DNA of 32,000 bases from Sinorhizobium meliloti (GTDB lineage Bacteria; Pseudomonadota; Alphaproteobacteria; Rhizobiales; Rhizobiaceae). Numbering within the stretch: position 1 is the first letter of the stretch; each line of letters begins with the position of its first letter. Shown one piece after another: positions 20,202-31,090 of this stretch. The position numbers and the translations under genes are program-made. The DNA lies in the NCBI RefSeq assembly GCF_017876815.1, contig NZ_JAGIOS010000001.1, positions 3,480,001 through 3,512,000 of the forward strand, read 5' to 3'. The notes under the pieces were generated by a model. It was not told the DNA's origin. It searched no databases and was given only the letters and a program-made list of their open reading frames with translations.

Positions 20202-20216
20202 GTTCTTTTTTTGTTC
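20202..20216. promoter_or_regulatory. alphaproteobacterial LexA (SOS) box, GTTC-N7-GTTC
   Basis: GTTCtttttttGTTC is an exact match to the direct-repeat SOS operator established for Rhizobium, Agrobacterium and Rhodobacter. It lies in the divergent ssb-uvrA intergenic region, 129 nt before the uvrA ATG and 144 nt from the ssb ATG. Confidence 0.75.
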
Positions 20217-20344
20217 TAGTATTCCTCTATGATCCTGTCAACCGAATCGCAATTGAGCCGCCTCTTTTGCCGATTGCGCCTCGACATGGGCGCGGCCGTC
20301 ATTACATAGGGGGCTTTCAACCGACATACAAAGCTGGCCTTCCG

Positions 20345-23266
<2,922 letters not shown>

Positions 23267-23355
23267 TGCGTGGCCTCCTGAAAGCGGGTGGCGTCTCTGA
23301 TTCGCCCCGGCTACAGCGGTTTTGCGTGTCTGAGTGAGCATCGAGGAGGAAGAGG

Positions 23356-24159
23356 ATGGCAGATTCGGGACAGATCCGTGTCGGCATCGGCGGATGGAAC
23401 TTCGAACCCTGGGAAGGCACCTTCTATCCGGACGATCTTCCGAAAAAGCGGCAGCTCGAATTCGCCGGCAAGGAATTGCGGACGATCGAGGTCAACGGCA
23501 CCTATTACAGCTCACAGAAGCCGGCGACTTTTGCCAAGTGGGCGGCGGAGGTTCCCGACGGCTTCATTTTTTCGCTGAAGGCCAGCCGCTTCGTGACAAA
23601 TCGCAGGGTCCTGTCCGAAGCCGGTGAATCCATGGAGCGGTTCCTGACGCAGGGGCTGACGGAACTCGGCGACCGCCTCGGTCCCATCCTCTGGCAGTTC
23701 GCGCCGACCAAGAAATTCGATGCGGAGGATTTCGAGGGATTCCTGAAGCTCCTGCCGGAAAAGCAGGACGGCCTGAAGCTCCGCCACGTGGTCGAAGTCC
23801 GCAACCCCAGCTTCCAGGTTCCGGACTTCGTCAAGCTCATTGAAAAATACAAGGTTGCCGTCGTTCTCGCCGAGCATGCGGACTACCCGATGATCGCCGA
23901 TGTCACGGGTGATTTCGTCTATGCACGGCTGCAGAAGGGCAGCGACGAGGTGAAGACCTGCTATCCGCCGAAAGATCTCGATCGCTGGGCCGAGCGGCTG
24001 AAGACCTTTGCCGCCGGCGGTGAGCCGGACGACCTGGAGAAAGCTGCGCCGGAACGCCAGCCCGAGATGGCACCCCGCGACGTCTTTGCCTTCTTCATCA
24101 CCTCAGGCAAGGTCAACGCTCCCAACGGCGCTAGGGAACTGCAGAAACGCGTGGGCTAA
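23356..24159 (+). CDS. DUF72 (YecE-like) family protein
   Basis: 267 aa. IRVGIGGWNFEPWEGTFYPDDLP, TIEVNGTYYS and FIFSLKASRFVT are the characteristic DUF72 N-terminal pattern. GAGGAGGAAGAGG Shine-Dalgarno region upstream. Confidence 0.85.
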   Translation: MADSGQIRVGIGGWNFEPWEGTFYPDDLPKKRQLEFAGKELRTIEVNGTYYSSQKPATFAKWAAEVPDGFIFSLKASRFVTNRRVLSEAGESMERFLTQGLTELGDRLGPILWQFAPTKKFDAEDFEGFLKLLPEKQDGLKLRHVVEVRNPSFQVPDFVKLIEKYKVAVVLAEHADYPMIADVTGDFVYARLQKGSDEVKTCYPPKDLDRWAERLKTFAAGGEPDDLEKAAPERQPEMAPRDVFAFFITSGKVNAPNGARELQKRVG

Positions 24160-24202
24160 GGCCTGTTGAGATTCGGGATTCCCGCCGCGGCTTGTTTGAT
24201 TA

Positions 24203-24352
24203 CCTCATCCCTGTGCTCGTCACAGGGATCCAGCCAGACCAAGTCCTTGGGCTGAAAGAACGCTTTCCGCGCCGCAGACGCGGCGCTGCTGGATCTCTGT
24301 GACAAGCACAGAGATGAGGCAGGAGAGATTGCAGTCCTCCGATACGTTTCCT
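24203..24352 (+). repeat. ~150-nt palindrome-rich intergenic repeat, copy B
   Basis: Collinear with 15476-15627, with few substitutions. Differences include a short substitution/indel (ctgctgg versus ctgccctc) that shortens the right hairpin stem from 14 to 9 bp. Confidence 0.8.
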
Positions 24353-24647
24353 GAACCTAGGCGCCCCGCAACTAAAATCGTTAACGTGATCGATTCTAAT
24401 GAGTTAAGACGCGGGGTGCGGGCGCCAGGGGAGTCCCAACGTCGCCCCTCCGAATCACCAAAACGGGCCGCATCACACACCCACCTGATTCGCAATCGCG
24501 AGTAGCGCTAGGCCGCGTCTTGTACCCGCTTTTTCATCCATAAAAATTTGAATTTGGGCCTGCCGCTAGCTCATCTTCGCAGGCAAGCGGTGGAAGTCCC
24601 TGTTTTTCAACGGATTGATCGATGTCCCCGTTTTCCACAGTCGACCC

Positions 24648-24663
24648 ACACAAGATATAGCGC
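24648..24663. promoter_or_regulatory. NrdR-box-like site (single)
   Basis: ACACAAGATATAGCGC matches 13 of 16 positions of the NrdR consensus as I recall it (acaCwAtATaTwgtgt). It lies about 25 nt upstream of a CTTGAC (24688-24693)-N18-GTTAAT promoter-like element. Confidence 0.35.
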
Positions 24664-24893
24664 TCAAACTTCCGTCACAAACCACCCCTTGACGCCCCGA
24701 GGCGATTCACGGTTAATGGATTTCACGTTGCGACGGCGGCGGACCGGGAAGTTCAGAGGCCGGTTCACACCCCCAAATCGTCGGTTCCGACATGCGGCCC
24801 GGGCGGATGACCCCGAGCGGCTGCAGTGGCGGAATTTTGCGCGAAATTTGGGTCGCTCAAGCGGCATTTCGAGCTGGCGTAAAGAGCCTGTTA

Positions 24894-24940
24894 ATACTAT
24901 ATTTAGTGTTTGCAGCCAGCATCATCACAAGATACAGGAT
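24894..24940. promoter_or_regulatory. tandem NrdR-box-like sites upstream of nrdJ
   Basis: ATACTATATTTAGTGT (24894-24909) matches 14/16 and TCACAAGATACAGGAT (24925-24940) matches 10/16. Their centres are 31 bp apart, the spacing described for tandem NrdR boxes. They lie about 115-160 nt before the nrdJ ATG. Confidence 0.5.
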
Positions 24941-25054
24941 TACCCAGGAGCTGGGTTTCCTCACATCGACAGAAATTTTCAGGCTGGCTGCGAGATCCAT
25001 CGCGGCCGGGCGAGGTTAACTGCGCTTTAGCGCATGGCAACAAAGGACGGGACA

Positions 25055-28000
25055 ATGAAGATCGAGCGCCGTTTCACGAAGGCAGGGCAATCCGCCTATG
25101 CCGAGATTGAGTTCCGCAAGGCGACGAGTGAGATCAAGAACCCGGACGGGTCGGTGGTCTTCCGCCTTGCGGATATCGACGTGCCGGCGCAGTTCTCGCA
25201 GGTCGCCGCCGATATTCTCGCCCAGAAATATTTCCGCAAGGCCGGTGTGCCGGCAAAGCTGAAGCGTGTCGAGGAAAACGACGTGCCGTCCTTCCTCTGG
25301 CGCTCGGTTCCGGACAACGACGCGCTGAAGGCGCTGCCGAAGGAAGAGCAGTACGGCTCCGAAACCGATGCCCGCCAGGTTTTCGATCGCCTGGCCGGCA
25401 CCTGGGCCTATTGGGGCTGGAAGGGCGGCTATTTCGACACGGAAGAGGACGCCAGCGCCTTCCGCGACGAGCTCGCCTACATGCTCGCCACCCAGCGCGT
25501 TGCTCCGAACTCGCCGCAATGGTTCAACACCGGCCTCCACTGGGCCTATGGCATCGACGGCCCCGGCCAGGGCCATTTCTACGTCGATCCCTTCACCGGC
25601 AAGCTGACGAAGTCGAAGTCCGCTTACGAACACCCGCAGCCGCACGCCTGCTTCATTCAGTCGGTCGCGGACGACCTCGTCAACGAGGGCGGCATCATGG
25701 ATCTCTGGGTGCGTGAGGCGCGCCTCTTCAAATACGGCTCCGGCACCGGCTCCAACTTCTCGCATCTGCGCGCCGAAGGCGAAAGGCTCTCGGGCGGCGG
25801 CAAGTCCTCCGGGCTCATGAGCTTCCTGAAGATCGGCGACCGCGCCGCGGGCGCCATCAAGTCGGGCGGCACGACGCGCCGCGCCGCCAAGATGGTCGTC
25901 GTCGACATCGACCATCCCGACATCGAGGAATACATCAACTGGAAGGTCAAGGAAGAGCAGAAGGTCGCCGCCCTCGTCACCGGCTCCAAGATCGTCGCCA
26001 AGCACCTGAAGGCGATCATGAAGGCCTGCATCAATTGCGACGGCAGCGACGATGCCTGCTTCGATCCCAAGCAGAACCCGGCGCTGAAGCGCGAGATCCG
26101 TGCCGCCAAGCAGGCGCTGGTTCCGGAAAACTATGTCAAGCGCGTCATCCAGTTCGCGCGGCAGGGCTATAAGGACATCCAGTTCAAGACCTATGACACG
26201 GATTGGGATTCGGAGGCCTATCTCACGGTTTCCGGCCAGAACTCCAACAACTCGGTCTCGATCAAGGACGACTTCCTGCGCGCCGTGGAGGCGGATGGCG
26301 ATTGGCACCTGACCGCCCGCAAGGACGGCCGCGTCATGAAGACCCTGAAGGCGCGCGACCTCTGGGAGTCGATCTCCCACGCGGCCTGGGCCTCGGCCGA
26401 TCCGGGCCTGCACTTCAACACGACGATGAACGACTGGCACACCTGCCCGGCTGCAGGCCCGATCCGCGCCTCCAACCCGTGCTCGGAATACATGTTCCTG
26501 GACGACACGGCCTGCAATCTCGCCTCGCTCAACCTGATGCAGTTCAAGGATGCCGCGACCAAGCGGATCAATATCGGCGACTACGAGCATGCCGTCCGTC
26601 TCTGGACCGTCGTTCTCGAAGTCTCTGTGATGATGGCGCAGTTCCCGTCCCGCGAGATCGCCGAGCTCTCCTACGAATACCGCACGCTCGGCCTCGGCTA
26701 TGCGAATATCGGCGGCCTGCTGATGTCGTCAGGCATTCCCTACGACTCGCCCGAGGGCCGCGCCATCGCCGGCGCGCTGACCGCGATCATGACCGGCGTC
26801 GCCTATGCCACCTCGGCCGAGATCTCCGCAAAGCTCGGCCCCTTCCCCGGCTTTGCGCCGAACCGCGACAACATGCTGCGCGTCATGCGCAATCACCGCC
26901 GCGCGGCTCACGGCGAGACCGCCGGTTATGAGGGCCTGTCCGTCAACCCGGTCGCGCTCGTCCACGGCGACTGCCCGGACCAGGATCTGATCGCCCATGC
27001 CAAGGGCGCCTGGGACAAGGCGGTCGAGCTCGGCGAGAAGCACGGCTACCGCAACGCCCAGGCCACCGTGATCGCGCCGACCGGTACGATCGGGCTCGTC
27101 ATGGATTGCGACACGACCGGCATCGAGCCCGATTTCGCCCTGGTGAAATTCAAGAAGCTCGCCGGCGGCGGCTATTTCAAGATCATCAACCGCGCGGTTC
27201 CCGAGGCGTTGCGCACGCTCGGCTACTCGGAAAGCCAGATCGCCGAGATGGAGGCTTATGCCGTCGGCCACGGTAACCTCAACCAGGCCCCGGCCATCAA
27301 TCCCACGACGCTCAAGGCCAAGGGCTTCACCGACGAGAAGATCGAAGCCGTCAATGCGGCGCTTAAGGCTGCCTTCGACATCAAGTTCGTCTTCAACCAG
27401 TGGACGCTCGGCGCCGACTTCCTGAAGGAGACGCTGAAGGTCAGCGATGAGCAGCTCGCCTCGATGGACTTCAACCTGCTCGAGCATCTGGGCTTCTCCA
27501 GGAAGGACATCGAAGCCGCCAACATCCATGTCTGCGGCGCGATGACGCTCGAAGGGGCACCGTTCCTGAAAGCAGAGCACCTGCCGGTCTTCGATTGCGC
27601 CAATCCCTGCGGCAAGATCGGCAAGCGCTACCTCTCGGTCGAAAGCCATATCCGCATGATGGCGGCCGCCCAGCCCTTCATTTCGGGCGCAATCTCCAAG
27701 ACGATCAACATGCCGAACGAGGCGACCGTCGAGGATTGCAAGAACGCCTACATGCTCTCCTGGAAGCTCGCGCTGAAGGCGAATGCGCTCTACCGCGACG
27801 GTTCCAAGCTCTCGCAGCCGCTGAACGCCTCGCTGATCGAGGACGAGGAAGACGAGGACGCGATCGAGGAGCTGATGCAGGCGCCGGCAGCCGCCCAGGC
27901 GGTCGCCGTCACCGAGAAGATCATCGAGCGCGTCATCGAGAAGGTGGTGCGCGCCCGCGAGAAACTGCCGAACCGCCGGCAGGGCTATACCCAGAAGGCG

Positions 28001-28846
28001 ATCGTCGGCGGCCACAAGGTGTATCTGCGCACCGGCGAATTCGGCGATGGACGGCTCGGCGAGATCTTCATCGACATGCACAAGGAAGGTGCGGCCTTCC
28101 GGGCGATGATGAACAACTTCGCCATCGCCATCTCGCTCGGCCTGCAATATGGCGTGCCGCTCGAGGAATATGTGGAGGCCTTCACCTTCACCAAGTTCGA
28201 GCCGGCCGGCATGGTCCAGGGCAACGACGCGATCAAGAACGCGACGTCGATCCTCGACTATGTCTTCCGCGAGCTTGCCGTTTCCTATCTCGGCCGCCAC
28301 GACCTTGCTCACGTCGACACCTCCGACTTCAGCAATACCGCGCTCGGCCGCGGCATTCAGGAAGGCAAGACCAACCTCGTCTCCACCGGCTGGACCCGCG
28401 GCTACAAGCCGTCCATCGTCGGCGGCACCGGCGAGCGCTCCGAACCGAAGGGTGCGTCGACGGCCGCCCCGGCCCGCGCCTCGGCCGGCGCTTCCGTAAC
28501 CTCGATCTCCGGCAATGCCGTGCGCAAGCTGGAGCCGGCAATCGCCGCCGCCACTTCCGAAGTCGTCGCCTTCAAGCGCGATTACGAGGAACGAGCCGTC
28601 GAACTCGCCGAGGAGATTGCCGAAGAGGCGGAACAGGAGGTGACTGCCCTCTTTTCCGACAAGGCCGCGGCAGAGGCCGCTGCGGCGAAGTCCGAGGCAA
28701 AGAAAGTCGAAGCCGAACGCCGCGCCCGCTCGATCATGCAGGGCTATACCGGCAACATGTGCTCCGAGTGCCAGAACTTCACGATGGTCAGGAATGGCAC
28801 TTGCGAGAAGTGCGACACATGCGGCGCCACGAGCGGGTGCAGCTGA
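25055..28846 (+). CDS. nrdJ: adenosylcobalamin-dependent ribonucleoside-diphosphate reductase, class II
   Basis: ATG at 25055 lies 7 nt after AGGA and gives a 1263-aa product. Contains class II RNR motifs ([37 protein letters not shown]), a long Ala/Glu-rich linker and a C-terminal Cys-rich tail [28 protein letters not shown]. Confidence 0.95.
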   Translation: MKIERRFTKAGQSAYAEIEFRKATSEIKNPDGSVVFRLADIDVPAQFSQVAADILAQKYFRKAGVPAKLKRVEENDVPSFLWRSVPDNDALKALPKEEQYGSETDARQVFDRLAGTWAYWGWKGGYFDTEEDASAFRDELAYMLATQRVAPNSPQWFNTGLHWAYGIDGPGQGHFYVDPFTGKLTKSKSAYEHPQPHACFIQSVADDLVNEGGIMDLWVREARLFKYGSGTGSNFSHLRAEGERLSGGGKSSGLMSFLKIGDRAAGAIKSGGTTRRAAKMVVVDIDHPDIEEYINWKVKEEQKVAALVTGSKIVAKHLKAIMKACINCDGSDDACFDPKQNPALKREIRAAKQALVPENYVKRVIQFARQGYKDIQFKTYDTDWDSEAYLTVSGQNSNNSVSIKDDFLRAVEADGDWHLTARKDGRVMKTLKARDLWESISHAAWASADPGLHFNTTMNDWHTCPAAGPIRASNPCSEYMFLDDTACNLASLNLMQFKDAATKRINIGDYEHAVRLWTVVLEVSVMMAQFPSREIAELSYEYRTLGLGYANIGGLLMSSGIPYDSPEGRAIAGALTAIMTGVAYATSAEISAKLGPFPGFAPNRDNMLRVMRNHRRAAHGETAGYEGLSVNPVALVHGDCPDQDLIAHAKGAWDKAVELGEKHGYRNAQATVIAPTGTIGLVMDCDTTGIEPDFALVKFKKLAGGGYFKIINRAVPEALRTLGYSESQIAEMEAYAVGHGNLNQAPAINPTTLKAKGFTDEKIEAVNAALKAAFDIKFVFNQWTLGADFLKETLKVSDEQLASMDFNLLEHLGFSRKDIEAANIHVCGAMTLEGAPFLKAEHLPVFDCANPCGKIGKRYLSVESHIRMMAAAQPFISGAISKTINMPNEATVEDCKNAYMLSWKLALKANALYRDGSKLSQPLNASLIEDEEDEDAIEELMQAPAAAQAVAVTEKIIERVIEKVVRAREKLPNRRQGYTQKAIVGGHKVYLRTGEFGDGRLGEIFIDMHKEGAAFRAMMNNFAIAISLGLQYGVPLEEYVEAFTFTKFEPAGMVQGNDAIKNATSILDYVFRELAVSYLGRHDLAHVDTSDFSNTALGRGIQEGKTNLVSTGWTRGYKPSIVGGTGERSEPKGASTAAPARASAGASVTSISGNAVRKLEPAIAAATSEVVAFKRDYEERAVELAEEIAEEAEQEVTALFSDKAAAEAAAAKSEAKKVEAERRARSIMQGYTGNMCSECQNFTMVRNGTCEKCDTCGATSGCS

Positions 28847-28918
28847 GACAGCGGCAGAAGTTGTAGTGTAGTCAGCCATTGGTTACGACGCACAGCCACT
28901 GAAATGACGCAGTAATCG

Positions 28919-28948
28919 ATATGGCCGCCTCCCTGGAAGCGGCCATAT
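28919..28948. terminator. hairpin between convergent nrdJ and GST genes
   Basis: ATATGGCCGC (28919-28928), loop ctccctggaa, GCGGCCATAT (28939-28948), followed by ctatgttct. The T tract is weak. Confidence 0.45.
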
Positions 28949-28999
28949 CTATGTTCTGCACAGGGATATCCGCGGGCTTCACGGAAGAGGAAACTCAGG

Positions 29000-29638
29000 C
29001 TATGCGGGCCGCGTCTCCATCATCGAGCGCCTCACCGACATCCGCGCCCACCACGCCGCCAGCATCTCGTGCTCCCGGAGCATTTCCTGCCCTTCCGGCG
29101 CCCTGAGGAAATAGTCGAATATCGGGGCGGCATAGAGGTCGGCGAGCGACATGGTCTCGCCTGCGAGCCATGGCGCCGTTCCCATAATTTCGGAAATCGC
29201 CTTGAGGCAGGTCCTTGCTTTCGGCAGCGCAGCGGCGATTGCGTTCTCGTCAGCGGCCGCGCCGCTCGCCGGCTTTGAGACGCGTTCCACGTAGACTCCC
29301 CAGACCAGAGTGGGATAGGCGTAGTTGTCGGCGATACTCATCAGCTGGCTGCAGCGGGCGCGCTCCCGCGGATCGAGAGGTTGAAGCCTCCTCCCGTCGA
29401 ACACGTCATCGACGTAGCGCGTTATCGCGCCGGTCTCGTAAAGCCTGAAGCCCTCATATTCGAAGGCAGGGATGCGACCGAAGGGATGCCGCTCCAGATA
29501 GTCCTGTGGCGGGCCATCGCTCGCGAAGATGTCTACGGGGACGAGTTCGTAGTCCGTTCCCTTCTCGGCCAGCGCCAGCCGCACGATCCGCACGTAAACG
29601 CTGTACTCCGCTCCGAACAGGCGCGGCCTTCCGGTCAT
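29000..29638 (-). CDS. glutathione S-transferase family protein
   Basis: ATG at 29638 follows GGGGAGGG and gives a 212-aa product. The N-terminal thioredoxin-like fold has HPFGRIPAFEYEGFRLYETGAITRYV, and the C-terminal helical domain has LAGETMSLADLYAAPIFDY. The 89 upstream codons of the track ORF are not GST-like. Confidence 0.85.
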   Translation of the reverse strand: MTGRPRLFGAEYSVYVRIVRLALAEKGTDYELVPVDIFASDGPPQDYLERHPFGRIPAFEYEGFRLYETGAITRYVDDVFDGRRLQPLDPRERARCSQLMSIADNYAYPTLVWGVYVERVSKPASGAAADENAIAAALPKARTCLKAISEIMGTAPWLAGETMSLADLYAAPIFDYFLRAPEGQEMLREHEMLAAWWARMSVRRSMMETRPA

Positions 29639-29828
29639 TGCAGCCCTCCCCGTTGCCTGAAGATTTCGACCTGATGATGTAGCACCACTTCCAGGCATCA
29701 ATGTGCGGACGCGGCAGCCGGCTGTCACTCCGAAAGGAAAAAGCAAAAGAGTCAATGTGAAAGCGATGGACGGGCGGCTCAGGATACCGCAATTTATGCG
29801 CGTCTGACGAAGCAGAATCGGAGAGTTC

Positions 29829-29987
29829 ATGCCCCTCAAATATCTGACCGCCCTATTGGCGCTTGCCGTCCTGTCGGGGTGCACCAGCACCGGCGGAAAC
29901 AACACGACCTATGCTCAGTGGTACGGGCCGAATCCCGTTCCCAATTTCAGCGCCGCGAGCCCCGGTGGTGTTCGCGTAGGCTATTAA
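29829..29987 (+). CDS. small putative lipoprotein (52 aa; below the ORF-track cutoff)
   Basis: The sequence is MPLKYLTALLALAVLSGCTSTGGNNTTYAQWYGPNPVPNFSAASPGGVRVGY. It has a positive n-region, a hydrophobic core and lipobox L-S-G-C. GGAGAG sits at 29820-29825. A canonical intrinsic terminator lies 80 nt downstream. Confidence 0.6.
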   Translation: MPLKYLTALLALAVLSGCTSTGGNNTTYAQWYGPNPVPNFSAASPGGVRVGY

Positions 29988-30066
29988 GCACCCGGACCGG
30001 CCAAGGACGCTCGCGGAATTGCGCAGCGGCCGATGTTCTTCAAGGTGTGGGTGAACCGGTTCCCTG

Positions 30067-30100
30067 ACGGAGGCGGCGCAGTCGCAGCGCCTCCGTTTTT
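30067..30100 (+). terminator. intrinsic terminator (hairpin plus T5)
   Basis: ACGGAGGCG (30067-30075), 12-nt loop, CGCCTCCGT (30088-30096), running into TTTTT (30096-30100). Confidence 0.7.
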
Positions 30101-30151
30101 GCCGTGCGAGCCGGCGCCGCCGTTTGGCTCGCAATGGAATTGGCCGCGCAG

Positions 30152-30261
30152 AGGTGACACTCACCTCGGGAGGTGACACTCACCTCGGGAGGTGACACTC
30201 ACCTCGGAGGCGGCGATCACCTTGGAGGTGACGATCACCTCGGAGGTGACGATCACCTCGG
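30152..30261. repeat. tandem array of six 18-19-bp units, each containing the inverted repeat AGGTGA-N3-TCACCT
   Basis: Units: aggtgacactcacctcggg twice, aggtgacactcacctcgg, aggcggcgatcaccttgg (degenerate), and aggtgacgatcacctcgg twice. All six reading frames are closed by TGA within the array. There are no spacers. Confidence 0.9.
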
Positions 30262-30369
30262 CGGGACGAGACCTTGATAGTAATCCCCGTCACCGCCGAC
30301 CACCCGGTCCCCGGTGTGCGAGCACGCCGCCAGCGTGGCGAGTGCGAGCAACAACACGATCTTGCGCAT
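30253..30369 (-). CDS. mini-lipoprotein paralog 1 (38 aa; below the ORF-track cutoff)
   Basis: The sequence is MRKIVLLLALATLAACSHTGDRVVGGDGDYYQGLVPPR, with lipobox L-A-A-C. The C-terminal motif is shared with paralogs 2 and 3. The stop codon (30253-30255) lies inside the last tandem-repeat unit. Confidence 0.55.
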   Translation of the reverse strand: MRKIVLLLALATLAACSHTGDRVVGGDGDYYQGLVPPR

Positions 30370-30554
30370 AGGCCCCCGTACCTTTTCTAACAGTTTGACG
30401 GCCATTGATATTCTGCCATTCGCGCAGGATCAATTCCCAACCGCGCAATCCACACGGTCCTGCGGCAGCGCTTCTTACACCATCCGGGCTCCTACATCGG
30501 TCCCGAGAAATCGGAACCGATTGTCGGAGGCGCGATGCCGCATGCAACGTCTCA

Positions 30555-30686
30555 TCAGCGCTTCGGGGGTATCAAGCCGGGATAGTATTGCCCGTCCCCT
30601 CCATAATACCGTTCGGCGCTGGGCGTCGCCGTTTGTGAGCACGCGCTGAGAACGAAGACCGCCACCAACATTCCGATTGCCCGCAT
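30555..30686 (-). CDS. mini-lipoprotein paralog 2 (43 aa)
   Basis: The internal ATG at 30686 of track ORF 30555..30782 is preceded by AAAGGA. The sequence is MRAIGMLVAVFVLSACSQTATPSAERYYGGDGQYYPGLIPPKR, with lipobox L-S-A-C. Confidence 0.6.
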   Translation of the reverse strand: MRAIGMLVAVFVLSACSQTATPSAERYYGGDGQYYPGLIPPKR

Positions 30687-30880
30687 AGAGTATGTCCTTT
30701 CGCATATAGATTTCCGCAACCGGGTCGCGCCGACGCGCTGCATCGGCTCTCCGTTGCACCTGCAATTGTATATGCGATTCAACCGCCGATGAACACGATT
30801 CCGTGATCTCTACCATCAAGTGCAGCTCCCGTATTCCCCCAACCGGCCCACTTGGGTGTCGAACCGGTCAGGTACCGCAA

Positions 30881-30957
30881 GCCGGTCGCTATGATGGCTG
30901 CGCCCGGAGTGAGCGTTGCCGCAGCGGTGCCGACCGCCAGGACGTCACGGGCACGGT
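30881..30957 (-). pseudogene. decayed duplicate of the 3' end of the PCu(A)C-like gene at 31887-32000
   Basis: gccggtcgctatgatggctgcgcccggagtgagcgttgccgcagcggtgccgaccgccaggac...gtcacgggcacgg aligns with 31868-31990. It has a 34-nt internal deletion, loss of the stop codon and scattered substitutions. Confidence 0.6.
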
Positions 30958-31090
30958 GCGCGGGCGCCTCTCGTGAGGCATGCAGCGACAGCCCTCTTGC
31001 GATGCGACGGAAGCGGGTTCGTGCGCCGCATTTGGGGCTTCGATTGATGCGTGTCGTTCTTAAAGCCGCTATAGACCTGAGCGACATGCT

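Noticed and set aside
24548-25030. 160-aa plus-strand ORF in the nrdJ upstream region
   Set aside because: It has irregular codon usage without the GC-rich third positions of the real genes here, no Shine-Dalgarno sequence and no recognisable motifs. It also runs across the NrdR-box-like sites. Treated as non-coding leader.
24353-25054. Cobalamin riboswitch upstream of the B12-dependent nrdJ
   Set aside because: Only a vague ggtggaagtcc resemblance to the GGTG..AATCC core is present. I could not find a B12 box or the conserved GCCACTG element. B12-mediated repression of a B12-requiring enzyme is also not the expected logic. A cmsearch with the Rfam cobalamin model would settle it.
25016-28879. 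524-aa and 716-aa minus-strand ORFs (25016..26590, 26729..28879), plus the 423-aa plus-strand alternative frame 27595..28866
   Set aside because: All overlap nrdJ, which has strong class II RNR motifs in its own frame. Their translations are repetitive Arg/Gly/Asp/Ala-rich with no recognisable domains.
29853-30179. 108-aa minus-strand ORF starting inside the tandem repeat
   Set aside because: It uses a GTG start inside a repeat unit and runs antisense through the well-formed 52-aa lipoprotein gene and its terminator. The translation is Arg-rich. Shadow ORF.
30152-30261. Possible CRISPR array
   Set aside because: The units are directly adjacent with no unique spacers, are only 18-19 bp long, and no cas genes lie in the window. 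It is a tandem (minisatellite/BIME-like) repeat, not a CRISPR array.
30779-31087. 102-aa minus-strand ORF (and the antisense 90-aa ORF 30852..31124)
   Set aside because: Its middle is the stop-less remnant of the PCu(A)C-like 3' end (…AVGTAAATLTPGAAII), read through into unrelated sequence. There is no Shine-Dalgarno sequence. It is best explained as a pseudogene fragment, not a gene.
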